The position numbers and the translations under genes are program-made. A DNA stretch of 64,000 nucleotides, taken from Candidatus Spechtbacterales bacterium (GTDB taxonomy: Bacteria > Patescibacteriota > Minisyncoccia > Spechtbacterales > 2-12-FULL-38-22). The notes beneath the pieces were generated by a model. That model saw only the letters and a list, made by a program, of their open reading frames with translations. It was not told where the DNA came from and searched no databases. The stretch spans positions 1,122-65,121 of the forward strand of contig JBBDKX010000035.1 of the NCBI GenBank assembly GCA_040879145.1, read 5' to 3'. Shown here piece by piece: positions 9,264 to 19,083 of the stretch. The first letter of the stretch is position 1. The number at the start of each line of letters is the position of its first letter.

Positions 9264-9453
9264 CTTCACTCCTTTCTTTCTTGTACTTAGGGCAGACACG
9301 TGCCGCGCCTTCTACCCCTCCCGCAACACGGTCTTTCGTATTCTCCCGACAATAATCACACTGTATGACATGCCGGAACATTCTTTCATTTTCTTGGCGC
9401 GCCTCACGCACCTGTTCCGCGAGTGTCTTTTGCATTGTTACCTCCATACTCAT
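9256..9453 (-). CDS. small hypothetical protein (65 aa) with CxxC-x18-C zinc-ribbon-like motif, possible DksA/TraR-like
   Basis: coiled N-part AEQVREARQENERM then CDYC...VCPKY. Confidence 0.35.
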   Translation of the reverse strand: MSMEVTMQKTLAEQVREARQENERMFRHVIQCDYCRENTKDRVAGGVEGAARVCPKYKKERSEDE

Positions 9454-9469
9454 ACAAGGAACCGTCTCG

Positions 9470-9544
9470 TGCCCCCGGCAGGATTTGAACCTGCGACTTT
9501 CGGATTAGAAGTCCGATGCTCTATCCGGACTGAGCTACAAGGGC
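9470..9544 (-). tRNA. tRNA-Arg (anticodon UCU)
   Basis: D-arm GCTCAGTCCGGATAGAGC, anticodon stem TCGGA/TCCGA loop CTTCTAA, T-arm GCAGGTTCAAATCCTGC. Confidence 0.8.
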
Positions 9545-9616
9545 GTAGTATCCCCTCGCCTCTATTTTAGAGGCGAGGGGTTCGTCCTCCTTCTCGTAAA
9601 GATACGGAAGGACACG

Positions 9617-9689
9617 TGGGTCGTCAGGGAATCGAACCCTGAACCTTCGGGTTAAAAGCCCGCTGCTCTGCCAATTGAGCTAACGACCC
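9617..9689 (-). tRNA. tRNA-Lys (anticodon UUU)
   Basis: acceptor GGGTCGT/ACGACCC, anticodon loop CTTTTAA, T-arm CAGGGTTCGATTCCCTG. Confidence 0.8.
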
Positions 9690-9727
9690 GTGTGTAGCCC
9701 GCTGTCATTTATGACAGCGGGCTTGCG

Positions 9728-9802
9728 TGCGCCCGGCTGGCTTTGAACCAGCGACCCCCACTTTATAAGAGTGGTGCTCTCACCAGACTGAGCTACGGGC
9801 GC
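9728..9802 (-). tRNA. tRNA-Ile (anticodon UAU)
   Basis: acceptor GCGCCCG/CGGGCGC, D-arm GCTCAGTCTGGTGAGAGC, anticodon stem CCACT/AGTGG loop CTTATAA (34-36 = TAT). Confidence 0.7.
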
Positions 9803-10891
9803 CTATGAATCCTTTTCAGGACATAAAGCCACCACAGCGAGTTCAAGCGGTAGTTGCGGCAAGGGTGCCGTTTTCACACTATTGCTTGCTGTAATGAACT
9901 CGCGTATTATATCATAAATTTGTTTTTCCGTCAATTTTTGAGCCCCTAAAGAGGCGGTTTCCGCTTCTTCAGCTGTAAAATTAGCAGTAAGCATCTCTTT
10001 TGAAGACGGACTGAGTTTTAAAAGTAGTAATGTCCGCGCATACTCAATTACATTATTCGCAAACTGACGCATATCCCCTCCCTCTTTATTTAAATTATCT
10101 ATAAACTTAATTGCTTCTTCTTTTTTTAGTTCCGCTATTAGGCCGGTGAAAGAGGCGATTTTTTCAAAATCTGTAACTCCAAGAAGAGAGCGAGCTTTTG
10201 TAGCATCTATATTTCCAACAGAAAGCACCTTGCCTAAAATACTTTCGGCATCACGCAAAGAACCTCCTGAAGCGGCAACTACAAGGCGAATAACATCGTC
10301 ATCAAGTTTTTTATTCTCGCGTTTTATAAGATCACCCAATCTTGTGGTTATCTCTTCTGTGTTTAAATAACGAAAATCAAACCTCTGTGTTCTTGATATT
10401 ATGGTGGGCAAAACCTTATGAGGCTCTGTTGTTGCCAGTACAAAAACCACATGCGCGGGAGGCTCTTCAAGTGTTTTCAAAAGCGCATTAAAAGCATCTT
10501 TTGATAACATGTGTACCTCGTCTATTAGATACACTTTGTACTTTCCTTTGTTGGGTGAAAATCTAACTGCCTCTTTCAACTCTCTTATATCATCTATACC
10601 CCTGTTTGACGCGGCGTCTATCTCTATCAGGTCAACAAAAATTCCCTCGTCTACTTCACGACAAACTTCGCATTTAGCGCATGCCTCACTTTTTTGCTCC
10701 ACACAATTTAAAGTTTTCGCGAAAAGCCGTGCAGTTGTGGTCTTGCCCGTCCCTCGCGGTCCTGTAAACAAATAGGCATGGGCAACCTCATCCATCTTTA
10801 CCGCGTTTTGAAGCGTTGTAATTACATGTTCCTGCCCAACAACTTCACTAAAAGTTTTCGGACGATATTTTCTATATAGTACTTTAGACAT
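9803..10891 (-). CDS. dnaX: DNA polymerase III subunit gamma/tau (short form)
   Basis: YRPKTFSEVVGQ, GPRGTGKTTTARLFAK, zinc module CxxC..CxxC, SRTQRF. Confidence 0.9.
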   Translation of the reverse strand: MSKVLYRKYRPKTFSEVVGQEHVITTLQNAVKMDEVAHAYLFTGPRGTGKTTTARLFAKTLNCVEQKSEACAKCEVCREVDEGIFVDLIEIDAASNRGIDDIRELKEAVRFSPNKGKYKVYLIDEVHMLSKDAFNALLKTLEEPPAHVVFVLATTEPHKVLPTIISRTQRFDFRYLNTEEITTRLGDLIKRENKKLDDDVIRLVVAASGGSLRDAESILGKVLSVGNIDATKARSLLGVTDFEKIASFTGLIAELKKEEAIKFIDNLNKEGGDMRQFANNVIEYARTLLLLKLSPSSKEMLTANFTAEEAETASLGAQKLTEKQIYDIIREFITASNSVKTAPLPQLPLELAVVALCPEKDS

Positions 10892-10893
10892 AT

Positions 10894-11050
10894 AAATATT
10901 TATAAAGATTAAAATTTATTTACACAATATAATTTAAAATATCGTCCGAGGGAAGGGGTCGGGAAACGGAAGTTTCCCGTGGCGAATGTCGTTTTGCCCT
11001 GAGCTTGCCGAAGGACGACGGTCGCTATTTTCTATATAGTACCTTACTCA
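10894..11050. other. dnaX upstream region: 27/31-bp duplicate of dnaX start (encodes MSKVLYRK*) plus ~85-nt GC-rich structured element with GGAA-capped hairpin
   Basis: 11020-11050 atgagtaaggtactatatagaaaatag vs real start atgtctaaagtactatatagaaaatat; hairpin gggaaac-ggaa-gtttccc. Confidence 0.5.
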
Positions 11051-11076
11051 TAGTCAAATATTATCACAAACGCGGA

Positions 11077-11105
11077 GCAAAAGAAAATCCCACTACTTAC
11101 AGTAG
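11077..11105 (-). terminator. terminator hairpin downstream of M16 peptidase
   Basis: aatcccactacttacagtagcgggatt. Confidence 0.5.
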
Positions 11106-11131
11106 CGGGATTAAAAATTAAAGAATAATAT

Positions 11132-12409
11132 TTAGAGACTGGAAAAAAGCGTATCTTTCATTGAGCCCTTGTGCGGTCCTACCACAGCAAGCTGAAGGTT
11201 TGGTCCGAAAAAGACTTTAGGAACCAGGCCAACCACCTCTTTAGCGGTTACTCTTTCCCTGTTTTCCATCTCCTCTTTAGGAGTCGAGAAAGTGCCCGAG
11301 TACAAAAATTCCATAGCTAGCGAACTGGCAACAGAAGAACGGCTCTCGGATAAGCGAGAGAAACCAGACCTTAGCATGTTCTTTGCTTTGGCAAGCTCCC
11401 CTTCCGATATGCCGTGTTCCAATAAATTCGCGAACTCACGCCTTATAACCATAATGGTTTCCCCCACCTTAGATGGGTCTGTTCCCGCAGACACATAAGT
11501 AAACCCTGTATCTGTCGCCTGTTGGCTGGAGGAACTGACTGTATAGGCAAGGCCTCTGTTTTCACGAACTTCGCGAAAAAGCCTTGAACTCATGCCTTTG
11601 CCCAAAATGGTGGTTAAAAGATCCAGAGCCGGCACCTCAGGAGAACCGAAAGGAAATGATTTTGCCGCCAAAACAAAACTGCTTTGGGGTATGTCTTTGT
11701 ACGCCACCGATACGCGTTCCACTTTTTTGTTTTCAAGCGGAGGCATTTGAGGGCGCTCCCCTTGTGGAACGTCAGCGTAAAACTCATTGAGTATTGCCAG
11801 GGCTTTGTTTTCAGGCGGCAGATTTCCCGCAACCACGATAACCAAATTATTGCGGTTGAAATATTTTCTGTGCCAATAACGAAGCTTGTCAGTAGTGGTA
11901 CTTGCCACGGCTTCTCTTGTGCCTATCGTATTTTGCCCGGCAGGCTGGTCTCCATAAAGCATGGGCATTATCATGTCACCCAAAACATCACCCACATCTG
12001 ATTCCGAGCGTGCCATCTCCTGAAACACAACCAATTTTTCTTTTTCAAGCTCGCTTCCCCGCATAATGGGGTTTATTATCTGGTCCGACATGATGTCGGC
12101 AACACGGGCAAAATGCTCTACGAGAGCATCCACATAAAACCAAATAAACTCATTGTTGGTAAAAGCATTGTTGCTTGCGCCCATATCACTAAGTTCTACC
12201 GCAATCTCATGAGCTGTCTTTCTTCTTTTTGTACCTTTGAACATCATGTGTTCAAGTAAATGAGATATTCCGTTTCGCTTTGGGCTCTCGTACCTGCTTC
12301 CCGCACGCACAGCGCATATGTGGGTAAAAAAACCCGTACCGCGCATGGGAACCATAAGTACTGGAATACCATTATCCAGCTTTCGTTCTATTATTCTAAG
12401 GTCAATCAT
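11132..12409 (-). CDS. M16-family zinc peptidase (insulinase/pitrilysin-like)
   Basis: HxxEH motif HLLEHMMFKGT, downstream E; start at ATG 12409 with SD aaggaggg (ORF track start 12493 is upstream). Confidence 0.85.
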   Translation of the reverse strand: MIDLRIIERKLDNGIPVLMVPMRGTGFFTHICAVRAGSRYESPKRNGISHLLEHMMFKGTKRRKTAHEIAVELSDMGASNNAFTNNEFIWFYVDALVEHFARVADIMSDQIINPIMRGSELEKEKLVVFQEMARSESDVGDVLGDMIMPMLYGDQPAGQNTIGTREAVASTTTDKLRYWHRKYFNRNNLVIVVAGNLPPENKALAILNEFYADVPQGERPQMPPLENKKVERVSVAYKDIPQSSFVLAAKSFPFGSPEVPALDLLTTILGKGMSSRLFREVRENRGLAYTVSSSSQQATDTGFTYVSAGTDPSKVGETIMVIRREFANLLEHGISEGELAKAKNMLRSGFSRLSESRSSVASSLAMEFLYSGTFSTPKEEMENRERVTAKEVVGLVPKVFFGPNLQLAVVGPHKGSMKDTLFSSL

Positions 12410-12469
12410 GTTGACCCTCCTTTTAAAGAGCTTGTTAACTGCGCAAACTATAACACAGAACCATAAAAA

Positions 12470-12505
12470 AATAAACCCCTCACATCCTTGCATGTGAGGG
12501 GTTTT
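12470..12505 (-). terminator. rho-independent terminator
   Basis: cccctcacatgcaaggatgtgagggg flanked by T/A runs. Confidence 0.7.
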
Positions 12506-12511
12506 AAAAAA

Positions 12512-13810
12512 CTACCTTATTATTGTTTGCTCTCTGTGAGGTCCTACAGAGATAAATTTTGCTTTTGTCTTCATTGCGTCCTCTATCGCGCGTACATAAG
12601 CGCGAGCCTTCTTTGGCAGACGGGAATATTTGGTAATTCCCGAAATATCACTATTCCAACCATCAACCGGACGCAAGGCGGCCTGAGAACCTTCTTCCAA
12701 ACCGCAGGATACATCTTCGCAAACTGCCTGTTCATGTTCGCTGCAATTTTTATAACCAATCCCCACATAAAACTGCGGTAAACTATGTAAGACGTCAATC
12801 TTTGTAACCGCAATTGATGTAAAATCATTCCGCCTGTTCGCGTAAGATAAAAGAGGAAGGTCCAGCCACCCACACGCGCGCGGACGCCCTGTTGTAGCTC
12901 CGTATTCTTTGCCCCATTCACGGAGTTTATTATCCATAGCTCCTTCAAGTTTTGTAGGAAAAGCACCGGGACCAACCCGCGTACTATACGCTTTTACAAC
13001 GCCTATGCGCTCGTCTATGCGATTTGCGGGTATACCCGACCCTTGAGACGCGGCAGCAATCGTACAGGCACTTGAAGTGCAAAAAGGATACGTTCCGTGG
13101 TCTATATCCAAAAGCATGGCCTGCGCGCCTTCCAAAAGTATATTAGACCCCCTGTTTAAATACGAGTCTATCTCATTTTCGGCATTACATATCAGCCCGC
13201 GAACCTGCTCCGCGTATTCCATAAATTCACGGTACATCACTGAGGGGTTTGGTATATCCCAGTGTCTGTATAAAATCTGTAGGATAAGTTCGTACTCATT
13301 GTATTGATCAAAAAACCTATCTCTAAAATCGGTTCTCAGCAAATCGCCCGCGCGAAAACCTTTGCGGGCATGCTTAGCCGCAAATACAGGACCCATTCCT
13401 CTTTTGGTAGTTCCTATTTTTTTCTTTGGAGAACGTTTTAGCTCTTCAGCTTCGTCCAATAACACATGCCAGGGCATAACAAGATGCGCTTTTTTGCTGA
13501 TAATAACATTGTTTACATTCAGGCCTCCGGATTTAAGCTCGCTTATCTCCTGGGCAAGAGTAGGTATATGAACCGCGGTTCCCGCACCTATTACGTTCAA
13601 CGTTCTACTGTTGAACACTCCGGCGGGAACAATGTGAAGCTTTGCCACACCTTCGGGCATATCTTTGGTATGCTCGTTTTCTATTGTATGCCCGGCATTA
13701 TTACCTCCGTTAAAACGAATTACCATGTCAGCATCCTGTGCTAAAAGGTCAACTATTTTCCCTTTTCCTTCATCGCCCCACTGGGTTCCAATTACTGCGG
13801 TTACGGGCAT
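12512..13810 (-). CDS. purA: adenylosuccinate synthetase
   Basis: QWGDEGKGK, GTTKRGMGP, GATTGRPRACGWLD motifs. Confidence 0.95.
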   Translation of the reverse strand: MPVTAVIGTQWGDEGKGKIVDLLAQDADMVIRFNGGNNAGHTIENEHTKDMPEGVAKLHIVPAGVFNSRTLNVIGAGTAVHIPTLAQEISELKSGGLNVNNVIISKKAHLVMPWHVLLDEAEELKRSPKKKIGTTKRGMGPVFAAKHARKGFRAGDLLRTDFRDRFFDQYNEYELILQILYRHWDIPNPSVMYREFMEYAEQVRGLICNAENEIDSYLNRGSNILLEGAQAMLLDIDHGTYPFCTSSACTIAAASQGSGIPANRIDERIGVVKAYSTRVGPGAFPTKLEGAMDNKLREWGKEYGATTGRPRACGWLDLPLLSYANRRNDFTSIAVTKIDVLHSLPQFYVGIGYKNCSEHEQAVCEDVSCGLEEGSQAALRPVDGWNSDISGITKYSRLPKKARAYVRAIEDAMKTKAKFISVGPHREQTIIR

Positions 13811-13862
13811 TTATGCCTCCTTTTTTAAAATAACTGCCATTATTGTACACTACGAATGAAAA

Positions 13863-13895
13863 AAATAAAACAGGCATTTAGCCTGTTTTATTAAA
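13863..13895 (-). terminator. rho-independent terminator
   Basis: aaaacaggcatttagcctgtttt. Confidence 0.65.
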
Positions 13896-13921
13896 CTCTG
13901 TTATTTAAAAAATCGTAAATT

Positions 13922-15397
13922 TTATTTGGGTCTCATTGTCGGAAACAGTATAGATTCACGCAAAGCATGCGTACCCGTTAAAAACGCGGTAATACGATCT
14001 ACTCCCATCCCAAAACCAAAGGCAGGAGGCATGCCGTACTCCAAAGCTTCCACAAAATCCTCGTCCATAAACTGCGCTTCATCGTCTCCTTTTTTGCGGA
14101 GTTTTTCCTGTTTTTCAAAAAATTCACGCTGGCGTACAGGATCATTCAACTCCGAATACCCCTTTACAAGCTCCCACCCCGCTATTGCAAGCTGAAAACT
14201 TGCGGCATACTCCGGATTATCCTCAAGCGGTTTCGCCAATGGAAGCATCTCGCTTGGATGGTGTATAACAAATGTCGGATCAGATATTTTAGGCAGGCAA
14301 TATTTTTTATATATAGCATCAGCTACTTCTGTTTTTGAATACACATCCTTTTTTATATCAACGCCAAGTTCCCCGGCCTTTTTCTTTAATGCTTCAAAAT
14401 CATAGTCATCATAATTTACATCAGCATATTTCTGTAAAAGTTCGTTAAACCCTATGCGCTCCCACGGTGTTTTAAAGTTTATTTTTTTACCTTCATACTC
14501 ATAAACTGTTTTTCCCACAACTTTTTTTGCAAGATTTTTAACAAGCCTCTCTGTAAGTTTCATACCCTCTTTATAGTCGGAATACGCCCAGTAAAATTCA
14601 AGCATTGTAAACTCCGGGTTATGCGAATAATCCACACCCTCATTCCTAAAATTCCTGCCAAGTTCATAAACCTTTTCCATACCTCCAACTAAAAGGCGTT
14701 TTAGATAAAGCTCCGGCGCTACGCGTAAATACATATCCATATTCAGAGCGTTTAAATGGGTTTCAAAAGGGCGCGCCATAGCACCCCCGGGAATGGTTTG
14801 CAACATGGGTGTTTCAACCTCCATAAAACCTTCTTTTTCCAAAAAATTACGGCATTCAGAAATTATGCGCGAGCGCGTTTCAAATATTTCGCGTGTATCA
14901 TCATTCATTAAAATATCCAGATATCTTTTGCGGTATCTTTGCTCAATATCTTTTAGTCCGTGCCACTTTTCAGGAAGCGGACGTATAGACTTTGCTATAA
15001 CATCAAACTTTTTAACATCCAGGGTTTTCTCTCCCCTTTTTGTTGTAAAAAGAGTACCTTCTATGTTTAAAAAATCTCCCACATCAAGCAGAGCTTCCAC
15101 GTCTTCATATATATTTTTACCTAAGCCATCCTCTCTAAAAGCAATTTGTATAGAACCGGAACCATCTTTTATATTCCCAAAGGTAAGTTTTCCGTGCTGG
15201 CGTATAGACATAAGACGACCGGACAGGCGCACCAGTTTTTCCGCTTTAGACAGCTTGGCAAAATCGCTCAAAAGCTCATGGGTTGCATGAGTGTTTTTTA
15301 CGCTTACAGGATAGGGATTGTGCTGTCTTTCAATAAGCACCTTACGCTTACTTAAACGATTTTTTATTATTTCTTTAAGTGTTCTTTTTTCTGTCAT
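13922..15397 (-). CDS. lysS: lysyl-tRNA synthetase (class II)
   Basis: OB-fold N-domain, motif 2 YELGRNFRNEG, motif 3 GMGVDRI. Confidence 0.95.
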   Translation of the reverse strand: MTEKRTLKEIIKNRLSKRKVLIERQHNPYPVSVKNTHATHELLSDFAKLSKAEKLVRLSGRLMSIRQHGKLTFGNIKDGSGSIQIAFREDGLGKNIYEDVEALLDVGDFLNIEGTLFTTKRGEKTLDVKKFDVIAKSIRPLPEKWHGLKDIEQRYRKRYLDILMNDDTREIFETRSRIISECRNFLEKEGFMEVETPMLQTIPGGAMARPFETHLNALNMDMYLRVAPELYLKRLLVGGMEKVYELGRNFRNEGVDYSHNPEFTMLEFYWAYSDYKEGMKLTERLVKNLAKKVVGKTVYEYEGKKINFKTPWERIGFNELLQKYADVNYDDYDFEALKKKAGELGVDIKKDVYSKTEVADAIYKKYCLPKISDPTFVIHHPSEMLPLAKPLEDNPEYAASFQLAIAGWELVKGYSELNDPVRQREFFEKQEKLRKKGDDEAQFMDEDFVEALEYGMPPAFGFGMGVDRITAFLTGTHALRESILFPTMRPK

Positions 15398-15506
15398 TTT
15401 TAAAACTTATACTAGTACCCTTATATTTTATTATACCTTAATCCAAAAATAAACCCCGTTAGAAGCAGGAAGCAAAACGCTATCCATTTTCTAACAGGGT
15501 ACACAC

Positions 15507-16370
15507 TTACTCAGAATTATTACTCTTTTCAGTATCAATTATCCTTATATTCTCTTCGGCGAGTTCCCAAAGCTGCCTGCGCGCTTCTTGTTCCGCGTTC
15601 TTGCGCATACCAGCGACAATTTCTTCCGCTTCCTCGCGCGACTGCCCCGTTGATTCCACAATACTCTCTATGAGCTCTTCGGTCATCTCAGGAGAATAAA
15701 AACCTGTTTCAAAATCTCTGGCAATATGCTCTTCTATCATTCGCTCCATGTCAAAAAGGGCGACTATCTGCTTTCCCATATGTCTTTTTTCCGGGGAAAC
15801 CATTCCGACAGCGCGCCTTGATGCCACAGCCCTTTCGGCAAGCAAAATCTCGCGTTCGTACCATCCGACAAGAATGGTAAGGTGCATGCGCAGCGAGTGT
15901 CCGCAAGGCAGAAATTCAGACGCTCTTCCATCTTCCTCGCAGTCTCCATTTCCACAAGGACATCCCGAAGATGTTTGCCCAAGCTCTTTTCCCGCCTTTT
16001 CGAGCAAGTCTTCCAATTCCTTAATCCTGTTAGTTTTCAGATACTCATTCTTCACAAATATCTGATAAAAAGGAATAAGTGAGGTAAAAAATCCAACATC
16101 GTCACCTGCAGGGGTAACATTAATACCCGGGGGCAGTTCCAAGTCGCTATTTGCGAGCTTATACGCGTCATTTACAACTCTGAAAGTCTCCAAAAAAGTC
16201 TTAACTGTAGTATTGTCGCCGGAAATTAGCTTATCGCGAACCATTGTGTCCAGAATGTCATAGAAGACATGTGCTTCAAAAGCGCCAAACCTCCAAACTT
16301 CTCCGGGCAGCGGTTCTCTGACAGAATTATCGCGTACAAAGTTAAAGATAGATTCTTCAGAAATTCCCAT
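15507..16370 (-). CDS. hypothetical protein with central Cys cluster (CPCGNGDCEE...CGH)
   Basis: ATG at 16370 with SD aaggagg 8 nt upstream; ORF track extends to 16436. Confidence 0.5.
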   Translation of the reverse strand: MGISEESIFNFVRDNSVREPLPGEVWRFGAFEAHVFYDILDTMVRDKLISGDNTTVKTFLETFRVVNDAYKLANSDLELPPGINVTPAGDDVGFFTSLIPFYQIFVKNEYLKTNRIKELEDLLEKAGKELGQTSSGCPCGNGDCEEDGRASEFLPCGHSLRMHLTILVGWYEREILLAERAVASRRAVGMVSPEKRHMGKQIVALFDMERMIEEHIARDFETGFYSPEMTEELIESIVESTGQSREEAEEIVAGMRKNAEQEARRQLWELAEENIRIIDTEKSNNSE

Positions 16371-16470
16371 ATTTAGACCTCCTTTCTGTAAGGTACTATT
16401 TGAGCTTAAAATACTACAAAAACAAGTTTTTGTCAAACCTAAAAAATTGACTCATGACCCTGAGTTAATT

Positions 16471-16507
16471 ATAAAAAAACGACTCATAGTGATGAGTCGT
16501 TTTTTTA
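16471..16507. terminator. bidirectional terminator
   Basis: aaaaaaacgactcatagtgatgagtcgttttttt. Confidence 0.75.
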
Positions 16508-16960
16508 TGCGATTTTTGTTATCCTATATTTCCTTTTTCCTTTCGGTGTATGCACCTCTACATCCTCGCCCACTTTTTTGCCCATAAGGGCTCTCCCTAA
16601 TGGAGATGCGGCTGATATTTTACCCGCCGAAGCATCCGCCTCTTCGGTGCTTACCAACACAACTTTTGACTTATTGTTTGAAGTGGTTGCAAACTCCACA
16701 CTGGCGCCAACACTTACAATATCCTTATTCCTGCGTTTTATGATTACAGCTATGCGAATCTTCTGCTCCAGTTCTTCTACTCTACTTTCCAAAGCAGTCT
16801 GGGCTTCTTTAGCAGCAAGATAATCGGCGTTTTCATCCATATCTCCCTGTTGAGCCGCCTCTCTTAACCATTCCGCTATCTCCCACTTTTTTACTGTTTT
16901 AAGTTCTTCCAACTCACGTTTGAGCTGATCCAGCCCTTTCTTAGTAAAATATTCTTCCAT
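16505..16960 (-). CDS. greA: transcription elongation factor GreA
   Basis: coiled-coil N-domain with GDMDENADYLAAKEAQ, FKBP-like C-domain. Confidence 0.9.
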   Translation of the reverse strand: MEEYFTKKGLDQLKRELEELKTVKKWEIAEWLREAAQQGDMDENADYLAAKEAQTALESRVEELEQKIRIAVIIKRRNKDIVSVGASVEFATTSNNKSKVVLVSTEEADASAGKISAASPLGRALMGKKVGEDVEVHTPKGKRKYRITKIA

Positions 16961-17053
16961 AAAATAGGACGCAAAACCTTGCAGGGTTGTGGGTTGTTAA
17001 TATATCCCACATTCCACAATGCAAACAACTTTTTTATTTTGCGCTGCTTTAAA

Positions 17054-19075
17054 TTAATTAATATTTTCCGAAACATCTTCAGAAACCGTCTCCGCTTCAG
17101 GCGCCGTTTGTACGGGAACAGGTTTCGGATAAAGCTCCGGGTGCCAGATTTTAAAATAAGAATCCAATATTCTGTATGCCACACGTACCGCGTTGTTACT
17201 GCCCTCTCCTTCTTCAAGCAAAACGGTAATTGTCACTTCAGGATTCTCATACGGTGCGAAACCTGTAAACCACGCGTTGTTCTTTCTTGCCGTCTGAGCC
17301 GTCCCTGTCTTTCCCGCCGAAGTTACCGGCAAATTTCTAAAATAAATACTGCTTCCTGTCTGAACTGCCTGCCTCATTCCCTCTCTCACAACATTAATGG
17401 AACTTTGGGAAAGGAAATTTTCATTAATTATATCATTCTTTCCGGACTCCTGCATTACACCATCCTGTGAATAAATCCCGGAAACAATATTGGGCCTAAA
17501 AAGGGTTCCTCCGTTAGCAAACACAGATGTGGCTGCAGCCACTTGCAGTGGTGTTGCAAGAATATCCCCCTGTCCTATGCTGGCGTTATAAGTATCTCCT
17601 ATCTGCCAGCGCTCACCTTTTGTCTCCATTTTCCACTCAGGATCAGGTACACGTCCGGAACTTTCGGAACCAAAATTTATACCAAGCTGCGTGCCCCATC
17701 CAAACTCTTTCAACCAGCGTGCCATTCTTTCTATGCCCAAACCTTTTTGGGACTCATAACCGCCTCCTATCGTGTAGAAATATACATTACTTGATACAGC
17801 AATTGCACCCCTCATGTCAACAGCTCCATGATTTTTGTTGTCATTAAAACGATAAACAACAGAGGGATCGTATACGCTTGGTACACTGATATAGCCGTGA
17901 GTTTGCAGTACTTTATCCGCGCTTATTATGCCCTCTTCAAGAGCCGCAGCCGCTATAAAAGGTTTGATAACAGACCCGGTAGCATACTCTCCAAGCGCTA
18001 CTCTGTTAATAAGAGGGCTTTTGGGGTCTTGAAAATATGCCTCTGCCTGTCCTTCTGTAAGGCCCGCAACAAAGTGGTTTGGGTCAAAGTCAGGCAGACT
18101 AACCATCGCAAGTATGTCACCGTTAGAGGGGTTCATAACCACGGCAGCAACAGAGGTAATTCCGTACTCGCGCAGGGAATCCTTCAGTATCTGATAGGTC
18201 TCGGTCTGTAGCCTGTTGTCTAAAGTCAGCTGTATAGAACTTCCCTCTTTTACGGGTTGCAGAACTTTTTCCTCCACAACATCTCCTTTTGCGGTTACAA
18301 ATTTAGCAAAAAGACCCTTAGTACCCCGTAAAAACCTCTCATAATAGAACTCTACACCCTTTTTACCAACGTTATCCGTCAAAGAGTACCCTGACAGCTT
18401 TTCTGTCTCTTCGGCCGTAATAGAGGCAGTATAGCCTATCAGATGCGAATATACGCTACCATGCGGATAAACTCTCTGGGGGCGCTCCTCAAGGGAGAGT
18501 GGCGGATAATCAGTCAATAAAGACCTCACTCGCGAAACCTCAGATTCTGTGAGGTTTTTTGCTATAACAAGACTGCCAAGATTTCGCTCCTGAGCGGAAG
18601 ATATAATTCTATAAAAATAGTCACTTGAAAATCTGTCAAAATATTGCGCCAAAGAAACAGAGAGGTTTTCAGCTTCCTCTTCAGGAAGCTTGCTTGGATC
18701 CAGTATTAAATTAAAGCCAAGCTCGGAGTAAGCGAGTACTTCACCATCAGAAGATGTTATCTCACCCCGAGGAGCGCCCATGTCATGAACTCTTTGCGCG
18801 TTAAGCGTAGCTAATTCTTTGTACTCATTCCCATAACGCACATTGAGATACACACCATAACCTGCCAAAAAAACGAGTATCGCAAATATTCCCAAAAAAA
18901 AGATACGAGTAGATGTGGGATTAACCGGAACTTCCAGTTTTTGCTCTCCATCTTCAAAAAGCGGACTTGAGGCATCACTAAAAACATCTTCAGGAGTAAT
19001 ATCGCTTCTTGCATGAAGAGGCACCCAAAGATCAGATGGGTGCTTAGAGCGTTTCAAGCTGTTAAACAAAGGCAT
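17054..19075 (-). CDS. mrdA: penicillin-binding protein 2 (peptidoglycan D,D-transpeptidase)
   Basis: N-terminal TM, SxxK (TGSVIKP), SSN, KTGTA motifs. Confidence 0.85.
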   Translation of the reverse strand: MPLFNSLKRSKHPSDLWVPLHARSDITPEDVFSDASSPLFEDGEQKLEVPVNPTSTRIFFLGIFAILVFLAGYGVYLNVRYGNEYKELATLNAQRVHDMGAPRGEITSSDGEVLAYSELGFNLILDPSKLPEEEAENLSVSLAQYFDRFSSDYFYRIISSAQERNLGSLVIAKNLTESEVSRVRSLLTDYPPLSLEERPQRVYPHGSVYSHLIGYTASITAEETEKLSGYSLTDNVGKKGVEFYYERFLRGTKGLFAKFVTAKGDVVEEKVLQPVKEGSSIQLTLDNRLQTETYQILKDSLREYGITSVAAVVMNPSNGDILAMVSLPDFDPNHFVAGLTEGQAEAYFQDPKSPLINRVALGEYATGSVIKPFIAAAALEEGIISADKVLQTHGYISVPSVYDPSVVYRFNDNKNHGAVDMRGAIAVSSNVYFYTIGGGYESQKGLGIERMARWLKEFGWGTQLGINFGSESSGRVPDPEWKMETKGERWQIGDTYNASIGQGDILATPLQVAAATSVFANGGTLFRPNIVSGIYSQDGVMQESGKNDIINENFLSQSSINVVREGMRQAVQTGSSIYFRNLPVTSAGKTGTAQTARKNNAWFTGFAPYENPEVTITVLLEEGEGSNNAVRVAYRILDSYFKIWHPELYPKPVPVQTAPEAETVSEDVSENIN

Positions 19076-19083
19076 ATTTCCTT

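Noticed and set aside
10941-11025. SRP (4.5S) RNA upstream of dnaX, as the synteny in Firmicutes would suggest
   Set aside because: The domain IV consensus (GGAAGCAGCC asymmetric loops) is absent on both strands; only a generic GGAA-capped perfect hairpin is present.
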